A stretch of DNA of 38,707 nt from a virus (taxonomy: Duplodnaviria > Caudoviricetes), in IMG/VR virus record IMGVR_UViG_3300010370_000087, positions 1 to 38,707 of that record; one strand, written 5' to 3'. A model generated the notes under the pieces. That model was not told the DNA's origin, did no database searches, and was given only the letters and a program-made list of their open reading frames with translations. Shown in pieces: positions 29,401-36,633 of this stretch; position 1 is the first letter of the stretch, and each line of letters opens with the position of its first letter. A program made the translations under genes and the position numbers.

Positions 29401-29998
29401 TGGCCAATATGGAAGTAAATTAAGTTCGTTCACTTCTAACTCTTATCCGGCTTTTACACAAGTTAGAATTAAATCTACAGGAACATTTGATCTACAAATA
29501 GAGCAGGGGCAATATGCTGTTTATCCTTCAGGATTTTCTCCAGCGTCTATACTTACAGATAAATGGACAGATAATATTACCGGCACATCCGGTTATTATG
29601 TAAGAGCAAGAATGGAGCCGACAGGCAGTCAGTGGTTAGGAAACATTCAGTTTACTGGCCCGGGCTTCGCCACTGTAATTAACGCTGCCAGTTTGACAGC
29701 CTCAAATTATGCGCCAGTTCAGGGCAATTGGGAACTAATTAGTGCTGCAGATAGTTACACCAATGCTAATGGTAACTATGGTTGGTATTGTTTTGCTCAA
29801 TATGATCCTATTCAAGATGTTAGTGCTTATGCTGAGTTTACTATTGTTATTGAAATTAGTAAAACGAATGGTGGAGATATTATTGCCTCGGGTAGTTATC
29901 TTTGTTCATTAGGATCAGTTGGTACAATTAGTGTACCTCCTGGTAGAATTACAGGTGGTAGCAGCGGTAATACCTTATATCCAAATCAATTAAATTAA
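17456..29998 (+). CDS. Giant (4180 aa) baseplate wedge / adhesin protein (gp7-like position) with FG-GAP propeller, CBM5/12-like and Ig/Calx-beta-like modules
   Basis: Uninterrupted ORF directly after gp6. FG-GAP-like repeats (FGFSL, FGHSI, FGYSISVS, FGESIAIS, YGLSLAA with VGAP/IGAP); WKENKSYIPGSVVRFNGQYF; three ..EG...V.F/L repeats near the C-terminus. Confidence 0.75.
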   Translation: MAEQNKKTVNFLPDYLKTVKNEKFLSATLDQLIQSPDLERVDGYVGSKITSLYNPVKDTYISETESIRSNYQVEPGLVFKNASGEINDVKGYIDLLSAIKNNGGQVNDLDELLRTKHYSFDPLIDWDKLINYDQYYWLPNGPSAIVLDLETSPFTEIIGNMSYDLPNGPPLSNGMKLMFTQTWVQGQNSLTSSTQYLVEGVGKSIKLIDLKDLEVSGDISSAFNETFDNTDFDTVGFDSDKKTASVPEYYTINRASADLNPWTRYNRWFHKSVIEATAEYNKEDLSIDYESRAKRPILEYKADLQLFNFGSKSIQNIDVIDDSTVEPFSEIEGSVGYYIDQVLLQSGYRVIFNNANDPEVRSKVYVVNFTTTTNTIELVSSNEFINDLDSVSVNNGTKYSGKSFYFKESSFKWIYAQQHTYLNQPPLFDVLDETGTSVSESGFENNFKGTRIFGYEETTGTPDSVLGVAIKQTTTPLGIGSFVFKTYFNTDSFDYVKNNISYKTKISGYYLKINNPDNGTYFLNNIWVSGIWSQTTELDLNGDYFYIDNFTVIPEIPSPIIETKLLSENTSSVKVQSLRNVSTVTSVDTFVNNILTSSTFTITNNEIIVNFNSTLSQNSFVSLNIVGEGKLDEELGYYSTPLSLNSNPINEDLVSLTLTQLSDHLKSMVSRDSRFVGNFPGTSNLRDLNNYSIQGDKLIVNDNPISFALMFLTKKEHDLIESLRFGANQYNQWKYNFIRELSNIDTQSSPREMLDAVLLNMSQSKSNRDSYYKSDMLGYGSDKTVRTITVTNLSYSEYYLGEEFDLNSLSYRSILVYKNGIQLIHGLNYEFVLSSNSVKFLTSLDVNDLIEFVVYNTTVGCYIPQTPSKLGLYPAYTPSIVSDGNYAGNPKDVIIGHDGSRTAVFNDYRDDIIFEYEKRVYNNIKVKYNRNLFDIFSILPGINRTTSDYDQLFNSLLEKEYSKWAATYNVDVVSNITYDPANFKTWNLTGGKESKYNKPIKGTIRSVNKYYFDSLSMETTPWEMLGFHEKPSWWEGLYGLPPYSSTLSSVWPDITNGYIASGEYKGTWPKYARPQFNTLYNPVDFAGVNQWLNYLSLSGPSDRKADWTFGDYSPAEVAFRNSSFYPFALSVVACLLKPADYTSKLFDLSRVKLNYLKQAIISDQYCYLNPRKVLVEGVNTEQTAGYINLIIERGDRLFQDYRNSLAQDLSYCDLNLLYKVGGFTSKEKIQLKIDAVDPESTSPGVVIPYEDYELRLSTSVPIKSSRISGIIVQKKNGKFLIKGYDRQNTYFTVYQPLKNNVMSSITVGGKTEPYTVWQPVFSDGNVGLTSIDIAGSSSGKFYKQGQIVFYSNKYYRVKVAHSAGTKFNSEYFQQLPALPTKGGVTVSTTKKFDTLETKVPYGTLLSSVQEVYDLIIGYGAWLESQGFIFDKSLSELNEILNWYFTGKEFLYWSTQNWADGNLITLSPFASYLKYQSNNSIVDNLFSKGYEYSLQNADGLSFPKDGFDIYRFDNACVIETKNTEDGIFFAVLNSVQKEHVIVFNNTTVFNDTIFEKVTGYRQKRIKYTGFRTKNWNGDLTSPGFVYDNVQIETWKENKSYIPGSVVRFNGQYFQANQSIVNEIAFDFQKWTFLSKKPISGLLPNFDYKINQFEDFYSVDIDSFDTKQQELSQHLIGYTPRPYLNKIIIDPVAQYKFYQGFIREKGTKNVIDKILKVSNNENQESIDVKEEWAIRVGSYGSDQTFSELEVQLREGLNIENPYVVKFGNTNQNESKLIHYVQPREILIKPDNFNPSSVFKNRTGTYNDSGNILLTAGYVHPDDIDLTAYNKNSLLDIANIQNLKNGTVIWLGFLENGEWDVYRYNSQQAKVTGVFVSNPGSSITFVTDIHHSLKVGDIISVVRFNRQVDGVYIVKNIPNINQFEVASSLVGIINESILTFGSIFRFEPSRISSLDNFVELENLFNLPFGSKVWIDNDENSKWAVYEKTDNYSSSTEFKSFSKPLGQNYGRSIYARDDDLTVLVSSPGYHVAGSLNYGKVSVFRKTANTQNITNNFDYFLNAGQNYCAVNTTTDFGFSLVHDIGKDLFIVGAPAASNVRASIDSNQKITTATNALSPRTNQTEGLVKISTRNQANVSEVAKVVIAQPFTNTTTMQNSRFGHSIYINQVPSTSSTTVLIGAPGNSAYQSTGSVYVYKLSLQNGNVNLGYFYNTSTVNVLSTTSVVMNAGARWGDSIAGSKTGDVIAISAPKYFYRGNKGIVQLFDSNLNWFQTLNSPFGNDDQFGYSISVSNSGTFVFVSSILSQSTFGTEGKVAVYKKLDNQQQYSLSQIITNPIRNSDLKFGESIAISEDETSLYISSLGTNKSEFVKFYKNKNTEEQETTFDSDKTRFVSSIKDSGTVHAYSNFNGKFVQGSEIVPVNLEPNGRYGLSLAATNRSLFVGAPQSKVKSYTSDNSKFYQFKLLGNTNIWKKIRSQESSVDIELFRRISLIDNQQEELIDYLDIYDPLKGKIPGIAEQELNYKFVTDPAVYSVGMAGTTNDTQTNWIDDHVGELWWDLSTAKYVWYNQDNEIFKKNNWGKLFPGASIDIYEWVKSDLLPSEWAVLADTAGGLAIGISGQPKYPDNSVLSVKQVFNTVTGSFENVYFFWVKNKTILPKNANRRLTAYQVAALISDPLANGVKFIEFLSDNSFALGNVQNRLIGNRISVNIAYDKINNKIPLHTEWMLIGEGDSTTLPNDQINKKLIDSLLGRDNLGNKVPDPSLSFRNRYGLGIRPQQTLFADRFAALRNIIDFANSVLEKNLITGIYNFQNLNSVDPIPDDSQGEYDFLLTDVEEITAIDTEIFVKAQVSCTVKDGIIVSTNIINAGYGYATAPKITITPNPNNKAVISTIIDNQGRVIRCVIENAGFNFSKSPSLAVRNHSALVSVDSNSNGRWALYEFNYNGQWNKIKTQLFNTTLYWDYLDWSSESFDSLKTPSIIIDNVYQLSSLSLEVSNYVKVKNIGDGRAVILERVVSNGNFSNEFDIVFSQNGTLKISDNLWNSENSKFTFASSSLDETLYDQLPDIELYNILIALKDDIFTNELKVNWNLLFFKAVKYALTEQKILDWAFKTSYINITNNSGELDQPFNFRIDNNQYYQDYFTEVKPYRTKIRNYTAGYSYIEDARLLTSDFDVSPYYNPLSEKYESLNIPYTGQSSLLSQYPYKTWYDNSTYYVSEIVVGYGGKGYTSVPEVYVYSNGNVVRTATAKAYLKNNKVWKIIVTDQGEGYYDTPTISLRGGNPIEEAKASAIIKNDTTRKNIITMKFDRYSRKGEIENTEVTYTIICDGINSEFELPYLANTDKLTIFPTLDRKLILSSDYKIVNFSKTDNTLQKNYSKFVFVDRIPKSGQLLKIVYQKDLSYYNAIDRIENFYQPTETMAGKDLNLLMTGLEYPNLRIKGMDFSYSSAYNIGTTGSYGMSLGWGDLTNSYSKSRLVEPATMSTNTLYLNTVEDIRIGHSLNFLNTSQFIVRTDTVVQAIDISNNIVTISRPTYTASVAISTTTAIGTEILVSTVNEFRGAIRQNDTVELTGFSPNEFNGTYTITTIYDNNSFIVTASQVLSTTTSIVGSGTIIVYSLLQNIDVRNRKIGEYSFHVGPCKFPVYTIEKSMGFISEGRTVTFTVDGTDVLFGQGRTFEYEITGTNILASDFTDNTLTGLASVLSLPINFTKTLATDNDLGVETFTVNIFTYFTSGTANTSVVTSTSVTILPYDPALPTVYTITASTSTVQEGESVTLTLDGTNVDFGDTGRAFRLTATGTNITAGDLIANTLTSEVVILDQLPITVSAGFALDNLIEGIERVYFNIQTWLNGAAENTATVANTYVEIIDVEQSATYEFFDTPSTISEGSTLILKLRTQNKSVGSQVGFSLSTQTGDFTVADLTTSTLFGKFIMTDGAPTYPGYQIGTYTYVVAQDAASTGYEIAEKFRVTINENTATYIDITITDQIQSSFGQYGSKLSSFTSNSYPAFTQVRIKSTGTFDLQIEQGQYAVYPSGFSPASILTDKWTDNITGTSGYYVRARMEPTGSQWLGNIQFTGPGFATVINAASLTASNYAPVQGNWELISAADSYTNANGNYGWYCFAQYDPIQDVSAYAEFTIVIEISKTNGGDIIASGSYLCSLGSVGTISVPPGRITGGSSGNTLYPNQLN
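28358..29390 (+). repeat. Three ~115-aa Ig/Calx-beta-like protein repeats within the giant ORF
   Basis: VYTIEKSMGFISEGRTVTFTVDGTDV, VYTITASTSTVQEGESVTLTLDGTNV, TYEFFDTPSTISEGSTLILKLRTQN. The 15-mer accggtacaaatata occurs at 28472 and 28820. Confidence 0.7.
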
Positions 29999-30004
29999 AA
30001 TAAT

Positions 30005-32707
30005 ATGAAAACAGTTGATAACTTAAACACATCAAGGTCAGTAACTTTATATACAGACAATATCTATTCAGATATATCTAGACATGAAGTTTCTGTTGAT
30101 GGTTTTGATATATATCCTATAGATCCTAGTAACACAACAACAATATGGTATACATTGACTCAAGATACTATTATCGCAAATCGTGCTGTTGTAATTATTT
30201 ACAATTTAAATTCTGGAACATGTTATCAAATTAATGCTACGATGTATTCAGACCCATTAGTTGAATTTTGGGATTATGATTTTAACACCTCGGCTTTAGA
30301 TACAGCATATAGTTCTAATTTTGAAAACGGGCAATTATCTAATGCTACAGGTTTTTCTGCAGACGAAACTATAATATTAGGTGATGAATTTATGTCACCT
30401 AGTGTAGATTACGCACCGGAAGAACTTGTTCCAGGACATACTACAGATAGTCTAGGAATTGAAGTATATACTCAAGGGGATAATTCTTACGCAAGTATTG
30501 TAACCGGAGCATTTCCTATAGTAGCAGGAGAAAAAACTATAGCAGAAATATCTGTTCAAGAAAATAGTGCTGCCGGAATTAAAGTTTATTTTAATGGTAA
30601 AAATTACAATAGAACAACCAGCACAAACTTTACTACAGATACTCAGTTTTTCTTACAGGGTAAAAGTATTGTTTTACCACCTCAGACCACATCAGGCAGA
30701 GCGGGGTATACAATTGTAAGAATTGGAGGTATTGGATTAATAGACAGTAATTCGGTATATGTAGAAGGTACAAGTACAGTAGTAGTAGAAAGTCTAGGGT
30801 CGATGAAAGACATTGAGTCAGTTTATGTAATGGCCAATGGTGTAGAACTTCCTAAGGTTACTACTTCTACACAGTTTGGTTATATGATAAAAGAAAACTC
30901 TTATGATAATTTTAGAGCATCTGTTTATTGTTATAACCTGCCTGGTACTGAACAACTTGTTGAGGCGTGGTTCTTTAATACCCCATATATGAAATTTAAT
31001 AGGATGAATGAAGAAGTCTTCGTAGCCACAACTACAAGTCAGACAGCATTTACACTTAGTTTTCCTCCAGGAGCATGGGAACCATATAGCGATAAAGCCA
31101 TTGTAGAGTTAACTTCTTTCCCTAATAATACTAGAAAAAGATTAATGCCGCCCCCTGTAAGCAATTATACTATCTCACCAGGGAAACTAGATTACTATAT
31201 TGATGATCTTAAAAAACGGTACTATGCTACTAGTCAGGTCTTTGTTTATGTAAATGGAGTTAGGATTAAACCTGGATTAGAATTTAACTATAGGATAGAT
31301 TTATCTAATCCTAATAATTTTCAAATTATTGATTTAGTTCCTGGGCTGTTTGCGGTTGGATCTTATCTATCCATAATGTATCTGCCTGCAAATGAATACG
31401 ATTATTTTATTTCTGGAAATATTTTAACTTTAGTTAATCAGTCAGTTAATTCTATTAAGGTCACAACTTTTAATAATCACGATTCATTATTTTTTAAGAA
31501 TGAAAGGTTTGCATGGAACCCTGCCAAATTTTTTAAATTGGCAAATCCAGTATTAGATGACAATTATGTGTGGGTTTATGTTGACGGTGTGCCTTTAATT
31601 CATAGATATGAATTTATGATAGAGGATGATAATAGAACTATAAGAATTTTGGAAGAACTTAATATTCAAGGTAATCCTAATGTATTAGTTACCCACATTA
31701 AACGACCTGACTATACTGATGAAATTTATGGTTTTAGATTGTTCAATGACTTTTTTGGCAGAACACACTATAAGAGATTAAGTAAAGCACATACAACATT
31801 TACAATACAAGATACTAGATACTACGATAATTCTATTAAAGTTTTTAACGAAAACGTACTAAGTCCATGGAATGCAGCAAGAAACATACCTGGTATAGTT
31901 TTATTAGATAGAGAAAGAATTGAATTTTTTGCCACCGATAATAACGAGTTACAAAGTCTTAGAAGAGGTACACTAGGAACAGGCCCGGCCTTTTATGTAG
32001 ATAGTGGTGCTAAGGTTATAGATCAAGGAATAATTCAAACGATTCCATATGCTGATAGTGTGTTTGTTCAATCTACTATAACTACTACATCATCGACTTA
32101 TACAATATCAACTTCTGGTAGCAGTATTGTGGGTGAAAATGGTATAATTTTAACACAAGGAATACCTTTTATAGACCAACTAGAAGTTTTCTATGGCGGT
32201 AAGCCTTTAATGAAATCTGGAATGTTTTATCAAGAATCTATGGGGGTATATAACGGACCATGGATACAGTCTACTCAAACAGTCAGTTCTGCTAGTAATC
32301 TATTAACAACAACTACAATTGGCACATCTTATATTAGTACAGATACTAATAAAGTTTGGATATATTTGGATTCAAAAGAAGAAGATGCCGTTAAAGGATA
32401 TGTTTACAAAGGTATTAAATGGAGAGACCCTGAATTCAGTATTAATTCTTTAGGATCTACTCAGACGATTACATTAAATATACAAAATGTAGAACCAGGC
32501 GTTCAACTAACACTAATACAGAAAAAAGGTTATGTTTGGACAATGACTGAGTCTCTATTAACAAGTCAGTCTGTTCAGGCACGATTTATAAGAAACTTTC
32601 CGGCAGAATTGCCAGATTGGTATTTTTATGGTGGAGATCCTAGACTACTTGACGGAAATTACGAGCCATTAGAGGATGGAGATGGTCAATCATTGAGAAG
32701 GTATTAA
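30005..32707 (+). CDS. Virion structural / baseplate-associated protein, possibly the separated C-terminal part of the giant protein
   Basis: 900 aa; APEELVPG motif, repeated V.VNG/V.VDG beta-sandwich units, ERIEF...LRRGTLGT. Same frame as the upstream ORF. Confidence 0.7.
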   Translation: MKTVDNLNTSRSVTLYTDNIYSDISRHEVSVDGFDIYPIDPSNTTTIWYTLTQDTIIANRAVVIIYNLNSGTCYQINATMYSDPLVEFWDYDFNTSALDTAYSSNFENGQLSNATGFSADETIILGDEFMSPSVDYAPEELVPGHTTDSLGIEVYTQGDNSYASIVTGAFPIVAGEKTIAEISVQENSAAGIKVYFNGKNYNRTTSTNFTTDTQFFLQGKSIVLPPQTTSGRAGYTIVRIGGIGLIDSNSVYVEGTSTVVVESLGSMKDIESVYVMANGVELPKVTTSTQFGYMIKENSYDNFRASVYCYNLPGTEQLVEAWFFNTPYMKFNRMNEEVFVATTTSQTAFTLSFPPGAWEPYSDKAIVELTSFPNNTRKRLMPPPVSNYTISPGKLDYYIDDLKKRYYATSQVFVYVNGVRIKPGLEFNYRIDLSNPNNFQIIDLVPGLFAVGSYLSIMYLPANEYDYFISGNILTLVNQSVNSIKVTTFNNHDSLFFKNERFAWNPAKFFKLANPVLDDNYVWVYVDGVPLIHRYEFMIEDDNRTIRILEELNIQGNPNVLVTHIKRPDYTDEIYGFRLFNDFFGRTHYKRLSKAHTTFTIQDTRYYDNSIKVFNENVLSPWNAARNIPGIVLLDRERIEFFATDNNELQSLRRGTLGTGPAFYVDSGAKVIDQGIIQTIPYADSVFVQSTITTTSSTYTISTSGSSIVGENGIILTQGIPFIDQLEVFYGGKPLMKSGMFYQESMGVYNGPWIQSTQTVSSASNLLTTTTIGTSYISTDTNKVWIYLDSKEEDAVKGYVYKGIKWRDPEFSINSLGSTQTITLNIQNVEPGVQLTLIQKKGYVWTMTESLLTSQSVQARFIRNFPAELPDWYFYGGDPRLLDGNYEPLEDGDGQSLRRY

Positions 32708-32708
32708 T

Positions 32709-34325
32709 ATGACAAGAGTTACTGATTTAACATTCATAGGTAGTCCGACATTTGCTACGTCATTTTTAACAGTAGATACTGGAATGACCAAAAGGTTGTC
32801 CTATGAAAACTTATATAATCTTTTGAGGACAACGATCACAGGCGCTGATCAAAATCTAAGCACCACCGCTTCCATAAAATTTAATAATATGGATATTGTT
32901 GGAACCAGTACAACTACTAATTTAGTTGTCAAGGGACAAGCGGCTATAGGGGGTCAAGTAATTGTTAGTATAGGACCTACTTTATCAATTAGTAATTCTA
33001 GCACTCAATTACAGTCTTCGATTAATATAAGAGCATATAAGGATAATTTTAGGGCACTAGATACTAGAAAATATCCATATATAAACCTTGAAAAGTCAAA
33101 TGGTGGTAGCGGAGGCCCGGTACAGACATTGGCAAATGAAGTTTTAGGGGTAATGGGTGTTGGTGGTTATGATGGATATTATTTTACCAATGATAAAGGA
33201 TTTAATACTGGAGGAATAACATTTACTTCTGCTGAACGCTTTCAAGGTAATGTGAGTGAAATTACTAATCAGGGTACAAATTTTTCAATATCTACTTATC
33301 CACCGAGTATAGTTGCTAAAGAAACAAGTTACAATCCGCATGTACACATTCAGCAGATTTGGACAGGAACTGGATATAATCAAATTAATGAATTTAGTAT
33401 TGGAAGTAATTTAGGAAATATAACTCCTACATTGGTAAGAAGTAATGGACTTAATCAAACTGGATTCAATGGTTCTAATATAAAATTTGTAAATGCTGCT
33501 GTTAATGTAATCGGTGTGCCTTCTGAAGACTCTACTGTTGATAATGACACCTTACTTGACACTAATAAGATTGTTTTCTTAGGATCAAGAGGTAATGCTT
33601 CTATTGATAGAAGAAAGGCAATTCTTAGCGGAGATAAATTAGGATATATTCAATTTAGAGGACAAACTACAAGTACGGCTACATTAGTAGGTAGTTTAGG
33701 CGCTCAAATAGTTGTTAGAGCGGTTGATAATTTTACAAGTACAGCAAGCGGAACTAAAATTGTTCTTAGTTCTGTTAATAGCGGCACAAATGTTGAATCA
33801 ACACGACTGGATCTATTCAGTAGGGAACATGTTCATTATAGTGATGTTCATACTTTTAGAACAAGTAGCGGTCAATTATTGGCTAAACTTACCACTTCAA
33901 GTTTTGATGTATCAGTAACGGCTACCTTTCTAGCAACAGGATTATCAATTAGAGATAATGTAACTACAAGCACAACTCTTATAGGCAATAATGCTACTGC
34001 TACTATCACAATGGTAGGTTATAAATCCTATATGTTAAGTAAAATTCAAACATCTGTGCCAACTTGGGTAAGGATTTATACAGACTCAACCAGTAGAACC
34101 AATGATAGTACTCGTTCTGAATTTGATGATCCTAATCCTGGGTCAGGTATTATCGCTGAAGTTATAACTACATCTGGTTCTCTTACACAGTTAATTACTC
34201 CGGGTGTAATAGGATTTAATAATGATGCTACACCTAATAGAAATATCTATCTATCATTGACAAATAAATCTAGTGTGCCTGCTGTTATTCAAGTTACGCT
34301 TACCCTACTTCAATTAGAAGGATAA
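32709..34325 (+). CDS. Tail fibre-like virion protein
   Basis: Thr/Ser/Gly-rich; two related units (KSNGG...EVLGVMGVGG and SRGN...GDKLGYIQFRG); C-terminal WVRIYTD..SR..D..R...DPNPGSGIIAEV domain. Confidence 0.65.
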   Translation: MTRVTDLTFIGSPTFATSFLTVDTGMTKRLSYENLYNLLRTTITGADQNLSTTASIKFNNMDIVGTSTTTNLVVKGQAAIGGQVIVSIGPTLSISNSSTQLQSSINIRAYKDNFRALDTRKYPYINLEKSNGGSGGPVQTLANEVLGVMGVGGYDGYYFTNDKGFNTGGITFTSAERFQGNVSEITNQGTNFSISTYPPSIVAKETSYNPHVHIQQIWTGTGYNQINEFSIGSNLGNITPTLVRSNGLNQTGFNGSNIKFVNAAVNVIGVPSEDSTVDNDTLLDTNKIVFLGSRGNASIDRRKAILSGDKLGYIQFRGQTTSTATLVGSLGAQIVVRAVDNFTSTASGTKIVLSSVNSGTNVESTRLDLFSREHVHYSDVHTFRTSSGQLLAKLTTSSFDVSVTATFLATGLSIRDNVTTSTTLIGNNATATITMVGYKSYMLSKIQTSVPTWVRIYTDSTSRTNDSTRSEFDDPNPGSGIIAEVITTSGSLTQLITPGVIGFNNDATPNRNIYLSLTNKSSVPAVIQVTLTLLQLEG

Positions 34326-34329
34326 TCAA

Positions 34330-35973
34330 ATGGAAGAAAAAGAATATACAGTAACACTGAAGGATATCAATGATTTAGATGACTTCTATGATGACATGGA
34401 AACCCCTGGTGGAAATCTGTATATTCCAAATAGAGCAGTTGATTGTAGTTTAAGAAAGCCTATTAGTAGGAATACAATTTATAGACTAACAGAAGAAGAG
34501 GCTAACCAATTAAGAAATGATCCAAGAGTTGAGCATGTAGATTTAACTCCTCATGAAAAGGGTTATGAATTTAGGCAATTTTACGATCAAACAAGTAGTA
34601 ATTGGGATAAATCTACATCCATAACAAACTCAATGAAAAATTGGGGAATCCTTAGATGTACTGAAGGTGCTCAACGCACTGGATGGGGGCAAGATAGTAC
34701 TCCTACTCAAAGCGGAACTGCTAAAATTTACGGGTCCGGAAAAAATGTAGATGTAGTAATTGTAGATGGTCACATTGATCCTAATCATCCTGAATTTGCT
34801 AAAAATGTAGACGGTACCGGTGGAACTCGAGTTATTCAGTATAATTGGTTTAAGGATGCCTTTCAAGTATATGGGATTACTCCCGGTACCTATGTGTATG
34901 GTCCATATGATACAAGCAATACAAATTTACAAGCATCGATGAATCATGGATGCCATGTAGCAGGTATTGCTGCTGGTAATACTCAAGGTTGGGCCAAAGA
35001 TGCTAACATCTATAATATTGACCCTTCTAGTTTAAACCCAAACGGCGTTGGTTATGTATATTGTTTTGATTTTTTAAAATATTGGCATCTAACTAAACCT
35101 ATAAATCCTGCTACGGGTAGACCTAATCCTACTATAATGAACAATAGCTGGGGATTCGTTAAAACTGGAACCATTTCTAGTTTGCTTACGGTACGATTCC
35201 GCGGAGTGATTTACAACGGACCATTCACTGGCACACAATTATCTGTACAGTTTGGAATTTTAAATAATGGATCTACATATTCTATTTTAGTAAGAGATAC
35301 AGGAGTTGAAACAGATATCAAAGATTGTATAAATGCAGGTATTGTTAGTGTTGGAGCAGCAGGTAATATACATCTGAAGATTAGTAATTACTCTGGATCT
35401 CCGTTAGATGATTATAACAATTATATTGTTGATTCAAGTGGGCAGACATTTTACATGAGAGGCAGTATACATGCCTTAGATAATAGTGTAATGGTTGGCT
35501 CTATAGATGCTAATTCTATAGAAAGAAAGCGTAGTTCTAGTGCTACAGGTCCTAGAACAGATGTTTTCGCCCCCGGATCAAACATTGTTAGTTCTATAAA
35601 TTCTGCAAGAGGGGAAACTTCTACAGCGAACGATGCTAGAAACGCCAACTATCCTTTGGTTAAATATTCTGGTACTTCAATGGCAGCACCGCAGGTCACA
35701 GGTTCTTTGGCCTGTATTTTAGAATATAGAATTAAGTTGAGTGGATCACAAGCAGTACAATTCGTAAGAAACTTTGCTAAGATCAATCAACTTACAACAT
35801 CTTCTGGAGGTTTTACGGATACAACTGATATATTAGGTGCCGGAAATAGGGTTTTGTTTCATCCAGATTTGAGAAGAAGAGAGGGTTATGTAGGAAGTAT
35901 TGATTTATCAGGCTATAGACCCGCATCTGGGCAGGCGTTTCCTAGAACCAAAATCTTTAGATATGGAAGATAA
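34330..35973 (+). CDS. Subtilisin-like serine protease (peptidase S8) with I9-like propeptide
   Basis: Catalytic Asp VDVVIVDG, His HGCHVAGIAAG, oxyanion AAGN, Ser GTSMAAPQVTG; N-terminal LTEEEANQLRNDPRVEHV. Confidence 0.93.
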   Translation: MEEKEYTVTLKDINDLDDFYDDMETPGGNLYIPNRAVDCSLRKPISRNTIYRLTEEEANQLRNDPRVEHVDLTPHEKGYEFRQFYDQTSSNWDKSTSITNSMKNWGILRCTEGAQRTGWGQDSTPTQSGTAKIYGSGKNVDVVIVDGHIDPNHPEFAKNVDGTGGTRVIQYNWFKDAFQVYGITPGTYVYGPYDTSNTNLQASMNHGCHVAGIAAGNTQGWAKDANIYNIDPSSLNPNGVGYVYCFDFLKYWHLTKPINPATGRPNPTIMNNSWGFVKTGTISSLLTVRFRGVIYNGPFTGTQLSVQFGILNNGSTYSILVRDTGVETDIKDCINAGIVSVGAAGNIHLKISNYSGSPLDDYNNYIVDSSGQTFYMRGSIHALDNSVMVGSIDANSIERKRSSSATGPRTDVFAPGSNIVSSINSARGETSTANDARNANYPLVKYSGTSMAAPQVTGSLACILEYRIKLSGSQAVQFVRNFAKINQLTTSSGGFTDTTDILGAGNRVLFHPDLRRREGYVGSIDLSGYRPASGQAFPRTKIFRYGR

Positions 35974-35993
35974 CTGCCCATAAAAATAATTGA

Positions 35994-35999
35994 TAAATA
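35994..35999 (+). promoter_or_regulatory. Late promoter core TAAATA
   Basis: gaTAAATAtc in the intergenic gap, 18 nt before ATG 36018. Confidence 0.6.
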
Positions 36000-36017
36000 T
36001 CATATTGGAAATTACAC

Positions 36018-36632
36018 ATGATGAAGCCAGGTAGAGAAAACGGTTTTTTGAATATAGAGGGTTATCTTAAGATATATGACCCCACGACTGATGAAATTTT
36101 TGTAGATAAAAGAAATGCTATTCACTATGAAAATTTCAGTCAAGGATTGGCCAATGCTATGAGTCATCAAAATTCTGGATTTATTAACTCTATGGCGTTC
36201 GGTAATGGTGGGACTTTAATAGATCCGACTGGGATTATAACATACAAAACTCCAAATACAGTAGGATCTACAGCAGGATTATATAATAGAACCTATCAAA
36301 AAGTTGTCGATTCTAGAGATGCAACAAGCACAGATCCTGCTAGAAATTACATGGAGGTTAGACACCGTCCTGGAACTTATTATAGTGATATTCTTGTAAG
36401 TTGTTTATTAGACTTCGGTGAACCTACTAATCAATTAGCATTTGATAATGAAACAAATAACAATGCTACATTTGTGTTCGATGAAATTGGCCTGTACTCA
36501 TATTCACCTGCAGGTTTACAAGACGGATACTTATTAACTCATGTTATATTCCATCCTGTACAAAAGTCGTTAAATCGTATGATCCAAATTGATTATACCG
36601 TTAGAATACAAAGTTTAAGTTCAGGAACATAA
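36018..36632 (+). CDS. Conserved virion structural protein (baseplate / fibre attachment-like)
   Basis: KRNAIHYEN...FGNGGT...FDEIGL...THVIFHPVQKSLNR; late promoter upstream; located among fibre genes. Confidence 0.65.
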   Translation: MMKPGRENGFLNIEGYLKIYDPTTDEIFVDKRNAIHYENFSQGLANAMSHQNSGFINSMAFGNGGTLIDPTGIITYKTPNTVGSTAGLYNRTYQKVVDSRDATSTDPARNYMEVRHRPGTYYSDILVSCLLDFGEPTNQLAFDNETNNNATFVFDEIGLYSYSPAGLQDGYLLTHVIFHPVQKSLNRMIQIDYTVRIQSLSSGT

Positions 36633-36633
36633 T

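Noticed and set aside
28358-29998. Diversity-generating retroelement target in the adhesin C-terminus
   Set aside because: Repeats are degenerate protein-level duplications; no near-identical template/variable repeat pair with adenine-specific mismatches and no reverse transcriptase seen.
26040-31790. 9-11 nt matches of the N10 segments to tail genes (near 26047, 31221 and 31775)
   Set aside because: Matches this short are expected by chance in 38 kb of AT-rich DNA.
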